DNA of 64,000 bases. Source: Glaucostegus cemiculus (lineage: Eukaryota). Below the pieces are notes generated by a model, which worked only from the letters and a program-made list of their open reading frames with translations, had not been told where the DNA came from and did no database searches. Below, in pieces: positions 48,723-63,200 of the stretch. The number at the start of each line of letters is the position of its first letter. Position 1 is the first letter of the stretch. The translations under genes and the position numbers were made by a program. The stretch lies in contig CDPCPM010000280.1 in assembly GCA_976551045.1 (NCBI GenBank), forward strand, positions 1,860,001 through 1,924,000, written 5' to 3'.

Positions 48723-51193
48723 ACTGGTCCCTGTCACTTATTATATACGTCTTGCTGGCATTTGATGTGCTAAAATGCATGATTGTTCTGGAAGGTCAAA
48801 CAACCTTTACTTTATTACAAAGATTTATTCCAATGTAAAATTAACAGTGGGTATTCACCAAAAACAGCCAAGATAACTCTCTTCATAATCAGTGGAAACA
48901 CTCCAGAGATGGGCTGGCGCTTTGTCTCAAATACTGCAACGGTGCAAAGCATCCTCGCATTTCAAACCAGTAGAATTTTGGGCGGCACAAATACTTTACA
49001 TTGGAAGTTTAAAACTGCCTCATTGGAGATTACAGTGTGTTAGTCACAAGGTCGTTTACACAGTAGGAAAAGTAATACACTGGGCTAGAAAGTCTTTTGT
49101 ACAGTGCATAAACATTTTACCTAGTCTGTACATGCAGCCAGATTCTGTGTGTAGATTCTACCAATACATATGACATACAAAGAAAGATCACTGGGCAGCC
49201 ATTTCAGTCAGTGTGCATCACATACATCGATGTCACCCATGCAAAGTTTGCTTTCACTGTTAGGGAAAGGCATGGGCATCTTGTGTCAAAGCAGACCTTA
49301 ACTGCAGAATTCATGTCTGCTTTGGTATCAGTTAGACCTGTCTTACCTGGTCTGTTGCTATGGAGACTGAGGCATCCACCGTCTTGGAAGTACTTTCTAT
49401 GGTGTTCATCCCACTGCTATCCCAACCCAGCAGTACTCTAATTTCCTGTCCAACCCTAATATTATCAACAGCCCTTGCCGGGCTGTATAGCTGACCTACT
49501 GCATTAGAGACCCAATCATATGCTTAATTCCACTTCATAGACCCTTGCAGTATGGCTTGTCCATCCTCCCAGAACCGACCCAAATATATATAAATCAACC
49601 CTGCCTCCCCCTCAAACTCTATCCCCAACACCCCCTCCCCTCCGCAATCTAGACCCATTCTCATCCCAACCCTGATCTTCCTGTGAGGTCCATGTGCACG
49701 GTAGAATTTACTGCTGAGGTTCCTTGGACGAAACCAATCCCTGCACTGCACCAGGGGAATGCAACTTTCATATGAAACTTTTAACACCACTCTCCCTATC
49801 CCCATCTTTGAGTGAGAAGTGATGCAGTCGTACCATCCATTTAAATATATTCTGCTCACAACCCTAGTTCCCTGTGTGTGCCTACTACAGACGCTAAGCT
49901 CCTGCTCAAGTACAATTCTGTGAACAACACCACACCTCTGAGATCTCACCCAATCCCAACTCTTTACTTACCTACCTAGACAGTGAGAGCTGACAGGTTG
50001 ATCACCCTTAACGGACATTAGAGTCAAGCCCAATTCCCTCCTCATGCATCTAGTATGAGGTTTGATCACTACTGCAATTGTGGAACCATAATTAGCCTTA
50101 GCATTCTTGGCACATGGTAAGGGAAAATCACTCTGGTTTCCTGCTGTCCAGCCAAGCTTTCTGAAACACTTGGAATAGGTATCAGGGAACAACGGAATCT
50201 GGAAATGGAACTGTCTACCAAGACCAGGCATTTATTTTGGCTGCATGAGTACACTGCCACAGGGCTTCTGGTACATAGGGAACTCAGCCCACAGTATGTC
50301 TGTATCCCAGTAGATGAAGGTGGAGGCAAGATTAGAGGTGGGCTGTGTTTGACTCCAGCTCATATTTCAAATGTCTAGTTCAACAATATATGAGAGGAAA
50401 AGAAATGTTACACATTAATGCTGTTTCTTACTGCACTCACCAAACATCTGGACTGTACAACATAATTAAACTAAAATAGTACAAAACCTCATCTGGTTAA
50501 ACTTGCTGATTAGAGAGTTAACTAATCGTTTCCATACTTCTGTTAAAGTATGCCAAGTCTTTAACTAAGCAACTCCTAAGGAGCCATTGGCATGCCCCAG
50601 AAATTGTGGTATGTTGTCCAGTCGTATCCCATTGATAAAGAATGGGGCAGATCTAAAATGGTTATTCTCCATCCCATTCACCTTTCCCAATCCTCAGCAA
50701 TGACATAGGAAGAGTTATCAATGCTGGCATCTCCCATTCATCAACTGTACTGACATCTCTTCTAGTCAGTTTCAAACATACAGCTTTGTACCAGATTTTG
50801 TTATAGCCCTGACTCAAAATGAACTGAATACTTGGGAGGTGAGCATCATTGTTGTTGACATTTTAAGTCACATGTCAGTGGGTCTTTGGTGGTGTACGAC
50901 TGCAGTCATATTGAGCACACAGGATAATGGGTGGAGAAGTGAATGAATGGGATGGTTACAAACAATATCCTCCTGGAAACTTGTTAAAAATCAGGTTTCC
51001 AGCATGGACACATTACTAAAACAGCTTGATAAAAGTCACAATTTCCAGCTTTTGTCTTAGCTGGGAACTGATGCGAGATGACCTTTAAATAAAGGAAATT
51101 AAGAGGTTTTTAGGACGAGCTGCTTTGAATCTGACCAGGTCAACCTAGTATCAGTTTTGCACCCCAACCAAATTTGCTTTCCATTGACTTCTC

Positions 51194-51226
51194 TTTACAT
51201 ATGGAGGTCCCACCTCCATATGTAAA
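51194..51226. repeat. Perfect inverted repeat: 15-bp stem, 3-nt loop
   Basis: tttacatatggaggt-ccc-acctccatatgtaaa. Confidence 0.97.
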
Positions 51227-54200
51227 CTTAGTCTTTAACCCAATCTGTAGACTGACTGGATTAGGTTAAAAAATACTTCCAAAATGTTACTAGGAAGGTG
51301 CAAATGGACGTGCTGCAAATGAAGACTGCTACGCCAAAGGCTGCTGTATCTCCAAGCGTTCTGGCAAAGAGGCGCTGTATTTCAAATAAGTAAACAGTTG
51401 TTCAGTCCCTACTTTGCCAAACCTGTGATTTCCAAAGCATTTTAACCTCTGAAAGTACATATCAACGTTTTGTGTTTGTTCCAGGCCCCGCTGAAAATTT
51501 GGCTTTGTGAGCTGTGTACTTTAATCGCAGAGTAAATGGCACAGTCTTTACAGCTGCAGCTTGGAGACAGTTCAGATTCGGAGAGTGCTGCCAGGTCCCA
51601 CCTCTTTATCAGCCTCCGCTTTGTAGTGTTCCCACACAAGGGCTGCCAAATAAAACTGGAGAGAGGAAAAAGAGCTTTCTCTATAGAATTCACAGGCCTG
51701 GTTTCGCCTAGTCTCAACCCCTGGCTGTGTGCCAACACGGCAAGGATTACAGCATTAAAGTGCTGATAGCACTGCTTGGCTCTTCCTTCCCGGACCAAGA
51801 CGATCGAGCTGGCAGAAGACCAATTCCATGTAACTGAGGCTGCTGTTGCCACCTTAAAACCTTTGGGATCATTGTCTGTCACCCACACTGCTCCTCTGGG
51901 TCGACTTTGTTATATTTACTCTAACAGAATTGCCTTTCCCGAATTGGAACAAGCACCATACACAAGAGAGTAAGCATCATTTATTCAGACCAAAATGGGT
52001 CATGGACTGGGATTTGTCACGTACAGCTCAAGTAGGCTTTGTGAAATTCAGTCTGAAACAGAAATGCAGACAAAAAAAAAAATCTATCTTGTTTTCTCTG
52101 AAATGTTCAAATGGTCTCAGCATGTGCCTACATTTGACTATGTGCATAGGCGATGCTTTTTAATGAACCGCCCTTGCAGCTTCTATCCTTTCTGGAGGTG
52201 CTGATTCATCCTCACATTTAACTTTATAAAAACCAACTGCTTTCCGGTGGCTTGGGCCAAGGAGACATTCTTCATGTGCCATCTATGGCTAACTAGTTGA
52301 TTGCAGGGTTGCTACAGTACTAGGTATGGTGTTCCTTCCACTTTGAGGAAGGCAATTCTGTTAAAAGCAAATACAACAAAGTTGACTAATACAAGTCCAA
52401 ATTAAAATCAGTTAAACGAGTATAGGCAGTCAAGGTTGAAACTACTGTGATGCATATGACCAAGTATCACATTAAACTGTCTAGGCCACCAGAGTAGCTG
52501 CAGCTTCTTTTGAAGCCAACCTTTTCAGTCAAATAAACCAGCAACTTTTCCCTCTTAATGAGAAATTTCTTTAAGAGCATTAATCTAGAATTTCTATTGC
52601 ACCATTTCTGCATGGTTCACTATTTAACATCCAAGACAAATGTTTGGAAAAGAAAGATCAGGGACTTGCTTTCTTCTGTGAGAAATCTGCTGATTCCCAT
52701 CTGGGTTGCAAGGGCATGCAATCCACTTTGGCTCCCAGTGAAGGCACCCAGACATGCTTGGTGGTATCTGATGGAATCAAATGCTTCCCTAGCCTCTACA
52801 TCTTTACTTTCTGCCCATGAATACACACCACACACATAGAGTAGAATTTCACAGCACATGGAAGCCTTTGCTACAGAGATAATCGTGTCTGCCTGAGCAG
52901 GGCTGGAAACGTACCTCAGGCAGGTCTTCTTTGAGTAAAATGCACAACCTTCATGATATTCTCTTGGTGTCCTGGTCTACTTTAACTCCCAGCCATTAAA
53001 TTGGACATCTGTTCATTTATCCCACTTTAGTACTGATGGTAATATTGCATTGATGCAAAAGCCACTGCTCTTTCTAGTTAGAACTTCTTAAAAAAGGAAA
53101 ATAGATGCAAGCACAGAAAAATGACATTTACTGTGTATTATGCTAAAAAAAAGTGGAAGTTCTAGACATTGGAATGGCAAGGATAAGGAGAACTTGATGC
53201 TGAGATGACGAGGCTATATCACAAAAGCTTCTGATGAGCGCTTTAATAAAATTACGTCTACTGAAATGATTACACTGCAAATGTTCGCAAAGGTTGAAGC
53301 ATACTTAACTGCTGCTAAGTGATGCTTGGCTGCTTCAGTCAACAGGAAAATAATTGCATCAAATATGTGCAACTGTCAACAGCATGGTTCAGTAATCTGA
53401 TAATTAGTTTCTGGGATATTTAATTAGAAAATAATGCACCCCAAATCCATCCTGTATCATGCATCAGTCCCATCCCATGATTGTTAACTCAACTGCTTTC
53501 CAAACAGGGACTCTGGAGCTGTAAGCCTGCTGTGATGCTGCCGCTTTAATGTCAATATGAAGTGGTTCTAATGTAAAGTATCAGTATGTCTGAAACAGGC
53601 AGGTGTCAGATCTTGCCTTTTGTTTTGCCTGGGCTTTGTTAGAATCAAATCGGCAACGGTCTCCAAGAACGCATCCGAATCCAGTATGAGTCAGTATCAA
53701 ATGAAATATAACAAGCCTATTGCAAAAAAAATTGTCTTGCACACAGGAGCATGAAAGAAGTGCATGGCAAATTTAAAGTTACTTTGAATGTGCAGTGGGA
53801 GGGGACATTCGGCTCATCAGGTTAGGTGGCCGTGCTGCACAGAAGCATCTTCCCACCTCAGTGTCCAGCTGAACCATCCATTCTATTCTCCCTCACACAA
53901 CTTATTTGTTTCTGATGTGCCGGCAGCTGGGCTCCTGCATCATATCCACGTGTCAACGTGAGGTCACCAAAAACTGTGCTGCGTATATCCTAACTCACAC
54001 TGTCAGATTCACCCACCACCCTGCCCTGTCGGAAATTCAACAGGGCAAACCGAGCTTGCAAACTCCACACAACTTCCCCACTGGACAAAACCAGATGACC
54101 TCATTCCCCCTGCAACACTACTGTTGAAGTGCTACTGGCAAAATTAGCACATTGTGTCCGGGGGCAGCTGCCACTGGTCACTGTGCTGGCTCGGACTCCA

Positions 54201-56289
54201 CTGCGCTAAAGGTAGAAGCTGTTCAGTAACATCCAAGGCTGCAGAGTGCTACAAAACGACCACTGCAACTTCTAAGGGCATATCTTTGCTTAAGAATTTA
54301 TGGGGTTATTTATAATATGAAATGGCTTACAGTAAATATTTCCTCTCTACTGCAGCTGTGCTTGAAATCTAGGTTATTGCCCTTGGTCTCACTCAGCTGC
54401 ATGGCTACTAATGTTTGTGCACCACATCAAAAAGCAAACTCCTCTAAATTCCTTTAACAACTTAAATCATCACCAAATTTAGCCTGTCTAGGAGCTTTGT
54501 GGTGTCTGGGATGAGTTGTAGTCATCGCAATTTTGCCCATCCACTGACTGCTCTCAGAACATGAACTACTGGAATTTTAGGAGTACTTGTGACATGTCTG
54601 AGAATGCAGTTAGTGGCTTTCCAGGTCATTGAAATGACCCAGGCTGGATAAGGAAATCCACATATCAGCAAAGCAGAAATAATCCCAGTAAAAAAAATTA
54701 AATAGGTTTTCTTTGTGTAAAATTTTGCTATTCCAAGCCCTCATGTTAGAACTACTATAATAGTTATCTGGTTAGACAGCCTCTGCTGAATCTATCTCAG
54801 GATCATACAGACTATCTTGCTGGCAGATCCCAGTGAAGGAATTCAAAACATAAAAATAATTTGCCTGGCGTTGTAATGTAGTTTTGGCTGCACTTGATCT
54901 TGAAGCGGTCACAGCCAGGTTAATGTAAGCGATCCAGTGCAATTCTGTCCCTGCTTCCTAATTTTGACTTAATATGAGATAAGGTTTTATTAAAATATTT
55001 ATTTTCTTCAGAACTACATTGCACATGATTGGTTTTTCCCCATACAATTTTCTTTGTGCTTAGAAACATTGGAATGGTGGCCAATCATTTGGCCTCTCAA
55101 GACAAATCCACGATTCATTTCAATGTCTGTGTCCTGCATCTTGACTCCCTGTTCCCCACCAACAGCCCACATCACCACCCTACCCTTACTCATGCCTTTC
55201 TGGAATCTATCAGCCTGCTTTCAAATTTTCAGCTAAGTGAGCTTCAGCAGATTGTGGAGCAACAAGTTTCCATTATACAAAGGTATCTTTGTCAGTGTCA
55301 TGCAACTGCAAATTGATTTACCCCTGGAGTGAAACAAGACAAGGCATGTTCCTGGGCAGATCTGCATCACTCTGGACACTCCCAGTTATGATTCACCCTT
55401 GCAGACCTGCGAGAATTGCTGCATCAGGCTTTCAGAGGATGGCACTCACCAATATGGCACTTGATCTAAATTCTCAGAAGAACGGGATTCCCAACACAAC
55501 ACTGCATTGGGAATCCCATCATGTTGTTCCTGATCATTTGGGAGTCCCCACAATGCATCAACTGCCTTTTTCCTCCAAACTCTCCACTAATCACTCCAAG
55601 GTCCTGGTTCTAACCTTCAACCACTCCAATCCCAATGATTTCCCAATTACCCAAACCTTCAAAACCTGAACCATTCAGCCCCAAGCTTCAACCCTAATGA
55701 AGGCCTTGCTCTCCAACCAGTCCTCAATTTTTCACTTACCTCATCAAAGGCCCCTGCTCAACTGGAATCCTTGGCTCCAATCCCGGACACCCTCCCTGGC
55801 CCTTGACCAACCATCGGCCTCAATTTTCTCCCCACCCAGAAAGCCCCAACCTTGGACCGCAGAACAGGCTCTAAACAGGTCTATGGTCGCTGGCTATCCT
55901 GACCCACCAAACCCAGTCTTCATTATCGCAAATATACAACTTCCATTCAGTAGCACCTGAGGCCTTGGTCACTGAAGCCTCACCACACTGAATCTTAAAC
56001 ATAGTGACTGCATCTGACCCCACCACCTCCTCTGTCAGTGAATTTCAAATATCAACCACTTTGTGTGCAAAAGAACCTTGCCCTCAAATTCCCTTTAAAA
56101 CGCCATTCCTTCACCTTAAACTTACAATTTTTTTTGTTCTCTTATTTTCTTATGGGATACTGAAAACAAGACAGCATAGATTCAGAGGCTAACATCAATG
56201 AATACAGCAAGGACAATGGGAGAAGAGTACTCTTGCTGTGATGACGAAGACTAATGTTCCAGAATTGGGTTTGCCTCTACACGAATGAG

Positions 56290-57290
56290 TCCAATGGCAC
56301 ACCCAACAAGGTGAAACACTACCCAGGCAGATCCTATCCATAGAAAGGGCAAATCTAACCAGCTAATATCTGTCCAATTAGTTCCTGACAGGCTCTATTA
56401 AGTGGCATTAACCAATAATCTGCTCACCAATGTTCAGTTTGGGTTTTATCAAGACTCCTCAGCTCCAGATCTCACTGTAGCCATGGTCCAACGTGGGCTG
56501 AGGAAATGAATTCCAGGGTTGAAGTGAGAATGACTGCTCATGACAGGATGTCAGTATTTGACTGAGTGCAGCATCAAGGAGCTCTGATAAAATGGAATTA
56601 AATGGGAATCAAGGAGAAAAAGCCTCCATGGTTGAGCCATACCTTACACAAAGGAAGATGGTTGATTATTGCTGTTGGAAGTCAATCACCGCAGTGAAGA
56701 GGTATTCCTGTGATAATGCCTCAGGACAGTATTCTAGGCCTAACTATTTTAACTGTTTCATCAATAACCTTTCACTTGTTTTGCCCGAAGTGGGGTTTCA
56801 CTGATGATTGCGCAATGTTCAATTTCATTTGAGGCTCCTTAAGATAATGAAGCAGCCTAGGCCTGCAAGACCTAGAAAAAAATGCTCTGGTGTGGGCTGA
56901 CAAGTGGCAAATAAAATTTGTCACTCACAAGTACCAAGCAATGAAAGACCATCTCTAATGAGAAAACCTGATCACTTTCCACTGACATTCATTAGCATTA
57001 ACATCTCCAAGTGCCTCACTAGCAATGTCTTGGGTAACATCACTGGCCAGAACTAAACTGGGGTAGCTATGTAAACACTGCAACTACTAGGCAGGTTTAG
57101 AGTTCGGCTGTGCTGACTGGACTCACCTCTAACTCCTCAAAGGCACACCATCTGCAAGGCACAAGTGAGAAGTATGAAGAAATGTCCACTTGCTTGGATA
57201 AGTGCAACTTCAACAACACAAAGCCACCTTGACATCATTCAGGATAAAGCAGCCTACTTGACTGGCACCCCTTCACCATCCCACACATTC
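56290..57290 (+). mobile_element. Degraded LINE reverse-transcriptase region (CR1/L2-clade, second family)
   Basis: Remnant RT motifs: aataatctgctcaccaatgttcagtttgggttt (NNLL...QFGF), cctcaggacagtattctaggccctaac-like (PQGSVLGP-like), tgtttcatcaataacctt (FINDL-like) and ttcactgatgat (FADD-like). Many stops and frameshifts. Confidence 0.85.
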
Positions 57291-60200
57291 CCACCCTCTG
57301 CCCCTTGCCAGCCTTGCCTTAAACTATTAATAACTAACAAGTTAAAAAGCCCCCCTAATTTCTCATTTTCTTTATAAACCAACATGATCATTACATCCAC
57401 AGAAAGGTCCAACCAAACCATCAGTAACTCACATCAAAGAATTCAATTGCTTGTGGAGGAACCCTGACTGGGAAACCAACTTCACCTCCCACTCTCCTGT
57501 GGGCTCACTGAACAGGAATAAAAGAAGATTGAAAGAAAACTTCAAAACAAAACCAAATGGAACTTTGGAGTAACACTGTAGAGGATTTTGTGGAGGCCTA
57601 TGAATGTGTGATTTGGTCACCACTGTAAAGAACATAGAGTGATCAGTGCATACAGAACAATCCCCATTGATTGATCCCTGACCTCGATCAAAGTATTTGG
57701 CTGTAATATATTTTTTAAGGTACAAAAACTGGTCAATGAAAGTTTATTAATGTGTTGAGATTGTTGCCAAAACATGGGAAGCAGATCTGGGGAAACTGGC
57801 ACACTGCTGTTTACTTTTTTGCTTGTTTCTCATAAGAACACAACAGGCAAACATGCTTCTTTCATGCACTTTTTACATGAATTATAATGTCTGGGCTGGT
57901 TTCACTGAATAAAAACAAAATATGATCCTCTTACTCCAACACAGGCCTCAAAAACAATTTGGTTCCTCAAGTAGAATGGCCAAGAAAATAGTAAATGAAA
58001 AGAGAAACAAAACACCCACATTAAGATATTACTTACAGTTGAATTTTCGGCTAGTCTGCTCTGCAGCACAATGTGCCTATTTATAAATGCTCCTGAAAAA
58101 AAGACCTGAAGGCCTGCAGTAACTTTTGTCTGTAACAATGCTCTTCTACCTGAAATTAATGATAGAAGGATTGAACAGTAAACGCTGCACTAATTAGAAA
58201 TGTGCTGTGTCGTGAACTGAACAGAAACACATGAAAGGAAACTGCAGCTTGATGGCCAAGGTTAATGGAAAAAGTTATGGTCACAGAAGATATGGCATGT
58301 ATGTAATTTTGCTACAGAAGTATTCTTTCCTGCTTTTTCATTACTGAAGTGAAACCTTTTAACATTCAGCTGTTAGCTCAAGTTACTTGCCTTCATGATA
58401 TTTCATCTGCCTTAATAAGAAGGCCACATCAACTCTATGGCAAATACAGAGTAACCTCCCACACGTAAAGAAAATCAATTTTACCTTTATTTCAGTTTCT
58501 GATGCTTGGAACTTGCATTCATCTGCTATGCTCAGGATGGCAGGTAGTGCTCTCCTCTGTCAGCCAACAGTTCAGTTCCCCCTTGTGTCATCCCAATGTG
58601 TGTTAGATGTTCTTCTATTGATGGAAGAGTATCCTTTCCTCTACTTGCCATATTCTACAGAAGCTGTTACTCGGAGTAACCTGCCAGTCTATGGGAAACT
58701 GAAGCCACAGGACACCATGGCACATTCCTCCCTTTCTTTCCTTGAATCTTACCTAGTCACTCAATTCCAAGGGGTTTCAGCCACTTTCTGGTACTTACGA
58801 GAGTAAGTTATCTAATGTTGAAGAATAGGGGTACATATATCAAACTATTCTTACCTAGCAATGTGATTAGGAACAGAAACTTTGGATAATTTTTATTCCA
58901 GCTAGAGGTATTCAGGTCGACTGTTTTCTCCAGCCTGGCTGAGATGAGCTAATTTGTCACAAGCTATTGTGATTCAACTGCTTACTGCCCCTGCTTTATT
59001 AGTCAGACTCGGTTTCCACAAGGACCCACTTTGCCAACAGCGCAAACCCATCCAAACACACTAAACAGACTCATTACTCAAGTACAGTAAGACAGTCAAT
59101 TGTTAGAGCTATCTTGGTGCTGCCTTTACCCACACATTGGAAAAACTTTGGCACGTAATCTTGGTAGGAACAGAATGGACACTACACCAGTGTTCACTTG
59201 ATAGAATCAATCTACTCACTCATGTCACATTTACCTCAGTGGGAAAGAATCTGTATTTTAGATCAACATTTGCAGCATTTTATTAATTGCAACTAATTTT
59301 CCATATTATTAAACTGTGAAATGGAGTCAATACTGTCAGAGTGCCTTTTATTTATTTTTTTGGTTGCATGCACTGCATTTAACATAATTTTGCGTGTGAC
59401 CATACACTCTTTCATTTTCTAAACGTTGCATGTAATAATATAACATGAATTGGATTAATCCAGCTCACTAAGCAAAGGCAGTATTTGTACCATTCAATGG
59501 TCCAGTTCTGCAGGAAAGACAAAACTGACGTTGAGTGTTGCAAACTACATCACATCTGCCAAGTTATTCCAATGCAATTCGCTTCATCTGATGTCTGTAA
59601 CTACCACTATGTAGCTGTTAACTCTCACCATAAAGGAATGCATTTCTAAGCAATAAAATTTCTATAGCCCATTGTTCTCTACTAATGAATGATAACATTT
59701 TCACAGTAAGTTCTATAAGCAGAATGATACATAAACTAGCGTGGATTACAAACATGAATTGGTTTAATCTTAGGTCGCAGGTGTATTCTTCAATGGACAA
59801 CACAGGACTATTTTATGCAATGAATTGTACAGCTTTTACAGCATTCCTCATTCCCTTTACTCCTCCAGAGTGAGTTTCCTTATGGTTGCCTTGGGTAAAA
59901 GCTGCAAAATTCCATCTCTAAATCTCCCTGACTCCTCCTCCTCCATAACCCAGCTCTTTCACAAAGCTCTCACACGTGCAAAGTCCCCTATAGTATTTCA
60001 CAACATTGAAAGGATGACATAAATGACAGTGGAAGATGAAAGACTGAAAAGAAAAGGTACAACACCTAAAGTTATGAAGAACAACATCTAATATTCTGCA
60101 AAGTTACACCAGCTACACAAAAACAATTAGTTCTCAACTAAAGTTAGAAGTCATATATTGAATAAGGGAAATCTGACAGGGTGTAACTTACATCATTAAA

Positions 60201-63200
60201 GGGTGTCAATATCTCTATCACGTATCGTCTTGTAAATAAAGCCCAACATGGGATGGCAAAGAACTCAAAGTTACAGGAACCAAACTGTCAATCTGAAATC
60301 AGGCCCCCAGAAAAACTTGCATAACAGACCAAGGTCCAATTTGAAATGACCTTAAGGTGGTTTGGACCCAGAAATAAGTGGCAAAACACCTGCCAAGTCC
60401 TGACGGGCCCTCAGCCAACTTAGCCCAACTGCAACACTATGCTGTACTGCAATCAGAGAAGGTGTCAGACTTCAAGGCACACTTCCCATGTAGTCAGACA
60501 CCAGAACATGCGTTTGGTTCTTATGAAGGAGATGGAAGCTCCGGAGAAGGGGGATGATGCTCCCACCTTCACTCAAAAATGGTGTGAGAGTCCTGCTCGG
60601 TGAGATACAGGTGAAGAGGAAAGCCCTGTGTATGGGGGCCAGCAGATTAGCAGGCCCACTTTATGGCGGGCTTAGCTGGAGGTAACTGATGTCTTTGCTT
60701 TGCTAGACTCTTCCAAGACCAGCATGTCTTTGCTACCTGCCCCACACAGAATGGCTGGACATGGGCATAACCTTCAATAAGGGAGGGCTGCCAGCGATAT
60801 CACTATAAAAGGTACCCATGGAATACGTCTTGACAGCTAAATGCTGCAAAAGTACTCTGTTGTTGGTTTGAGCACACTCTGTGGACAGCAAGGTGTTTGA
60901 GTAGTGTGCAGTCACTTCTAAAAGAGTCCGTCTGGTCAAGCAAGTGTCCCTTTAAATATCTGAAAAGCAACAAACTAGCACAGTGTGTTCCTTGTTCTTC
61001 TGAGCCTGTTCCACAGCAGTTGTAACACGGAGCTTTCTGCTCCAGTTTACGTCGGTTCAAGCAGAAATGGGTATTAGGCCAATAATGATGTCAGAAAAAC
61101 ATCAGAAGTGCAAGCAAGTGGGTCTGCTGCAATTCTGCATTAGGTAAGATTTCACCCAGAAATGATCTCCAGCACGACCAACACCAGGTAGTGTCAAAAT
61201 TGGACTGTGCAGTTTCTGAAAAACAGGTGGCACGTTCTGATTTCCAGGTTACATTCATTATAAAATCTAGGGGAAAATTATTCAATGTGATATTACGGAA
61301 CTAACCCCCATCCAATGCTATCGACTGTTCAGTACACTTGTGTGTATTTTCGTCTGCATGTGTCTGTTGATGGCAGGGAGAAAATGCAATGCCCCGGGGA
61401 TGAATTGCCTGACTCCATTTTGCCCAGGATCACGCATGAATAATGAATATCTATGCCAATAAAAATGTCTTCTACAACGGGGTGGGAGAAAACCAGGGGA
61501 ATGGATGGAGAAAAAAAAAAGGGAAAAAAACTTTGAACAAAGCTTCATGCAGACTGCAGTTAATTTTATTTGAAAAGACGGCACCAGCTGTATACAGCAT
61601 TAGCCTACAATCCAAGCAGATCACTGCATCCCATCAGGAAAAATGATTTCCCTGTCTGAGAGCAGCAGTGGCAAAAAAAAAGAGAAAAGTGGGAGGAGAC
61701 AAGGGAAGACAGATTGTCTTTTCTATGGGAAGTGACTGATTCATTGCCTGGGGTGTGCTGAGCACACTGCAGGATGACTGAACATTCACATGTCATGTCT
61801 GCACAAACCCACTATTAATAGTGTCCAATTAAGGATTCGAAATTAGTTTTGTCTGCACCTAGCTGCTCTCATGTTAAAGAAATTAAGATATTAAAAGAAA
61901 TACACAAAAGTCTATCTTCTTTTGGGTAAAAATGTTCATGTCCCATTTTGTAATTCTGCTTCTGAATTCACAACTTGTTAAAAATAGTTTCAATCATTCT
62001 ATAAAACTGTAATCTGTTCATCCACACAACTGGAGCAGTGATAAAGCAATAGGATCCTGAGTGAATTATAGTTTTTTGCGTGGTGCAAGACCTGTGGAGA
62101 CTGATGACAGAACTGGTTGGAGGAGGTAAACATCAGTCACTACCGCACTGAAAAAGGAGCGTCTTAACCTGTGCACTTGCAAGCGTGTACTCTGGTTTTA
62201 GTTCTGCATCGCCCACTGTTGAAAAGACACTTGATCATCACCTCATCGAGGGTGTAGTAACTGTCTGTCATTTTTCTCTTCTTTGGTCATTGGCTACTGG
62301 CCCAAAGACAGGATGCAAGAGTGAAAGGAAAAGCAAAAAGTTTTTAAAAATTTGATTTCTATATTTCACTCCTTTTGCAGATTGACACATACTGCACTGG
62401 CTCAATAGTAAATAAATACATTATAGTGATAATGAAGCATATTTTCTAATTTCAAAAAGAAAGCCATTAAGTTAACTGACACATCATCAGTGTATTAGAT
62501 AGAAAAGGAGTTACACAGAGTGATCTAGAAGTGGCAGTGATTATAAGTTAATTCAATATCTCCATTCTCATTGAGTGTAACAATGTTTTATTTCAATTTC
62601 TCCTTTGGTATAAGGGGTTGAAATAGCCTACTATACCATTCAGTAACAGAACTGATTCTCAACTTCAAGCCCCCTTCCACATGATCCTCATAACCCTAAT
62701 AGTCCATAGTGAACGAGATAGTTGTTCACACAACTCCCATATTAGTGTTCAGCTATGGAAGTTGCCTTAACCTGGTAGACCTCTCCCAGAACCTCTTCCC
62801 TCTGCAGGCAATATTCCTTGGCCCCCTATCCAGGTCCCTCTGAGAACTCTCCTGCAACCTTCCCATCACTGCATCCATTTATTCAGTAGCAACCCTCCCT
62901 TTTAGCTGTGGTACGTCCCTTTAAGAGCTGGTTACAACAATCACACCTATTGGCAAACATGCTGAGGACTGTGAGAACTTGCAACACATCAACGGGGAAC
63001 TCAGTGCTGAAGCAGACAACATCATTTTCAGTGTGGTATTACCAGGATGAAATTGAGATAAACTTCCCATCAGTACAACTTGTTTCACAAACCCCTATCT
63101 CCACTCCACTTGTACTGAATGTTTTAACTACTTTATTACCAGTATAATACCAAACCAGTCTGTGTCAGCTATCCATCACCTTTGGGTAACCCAGCCATTC

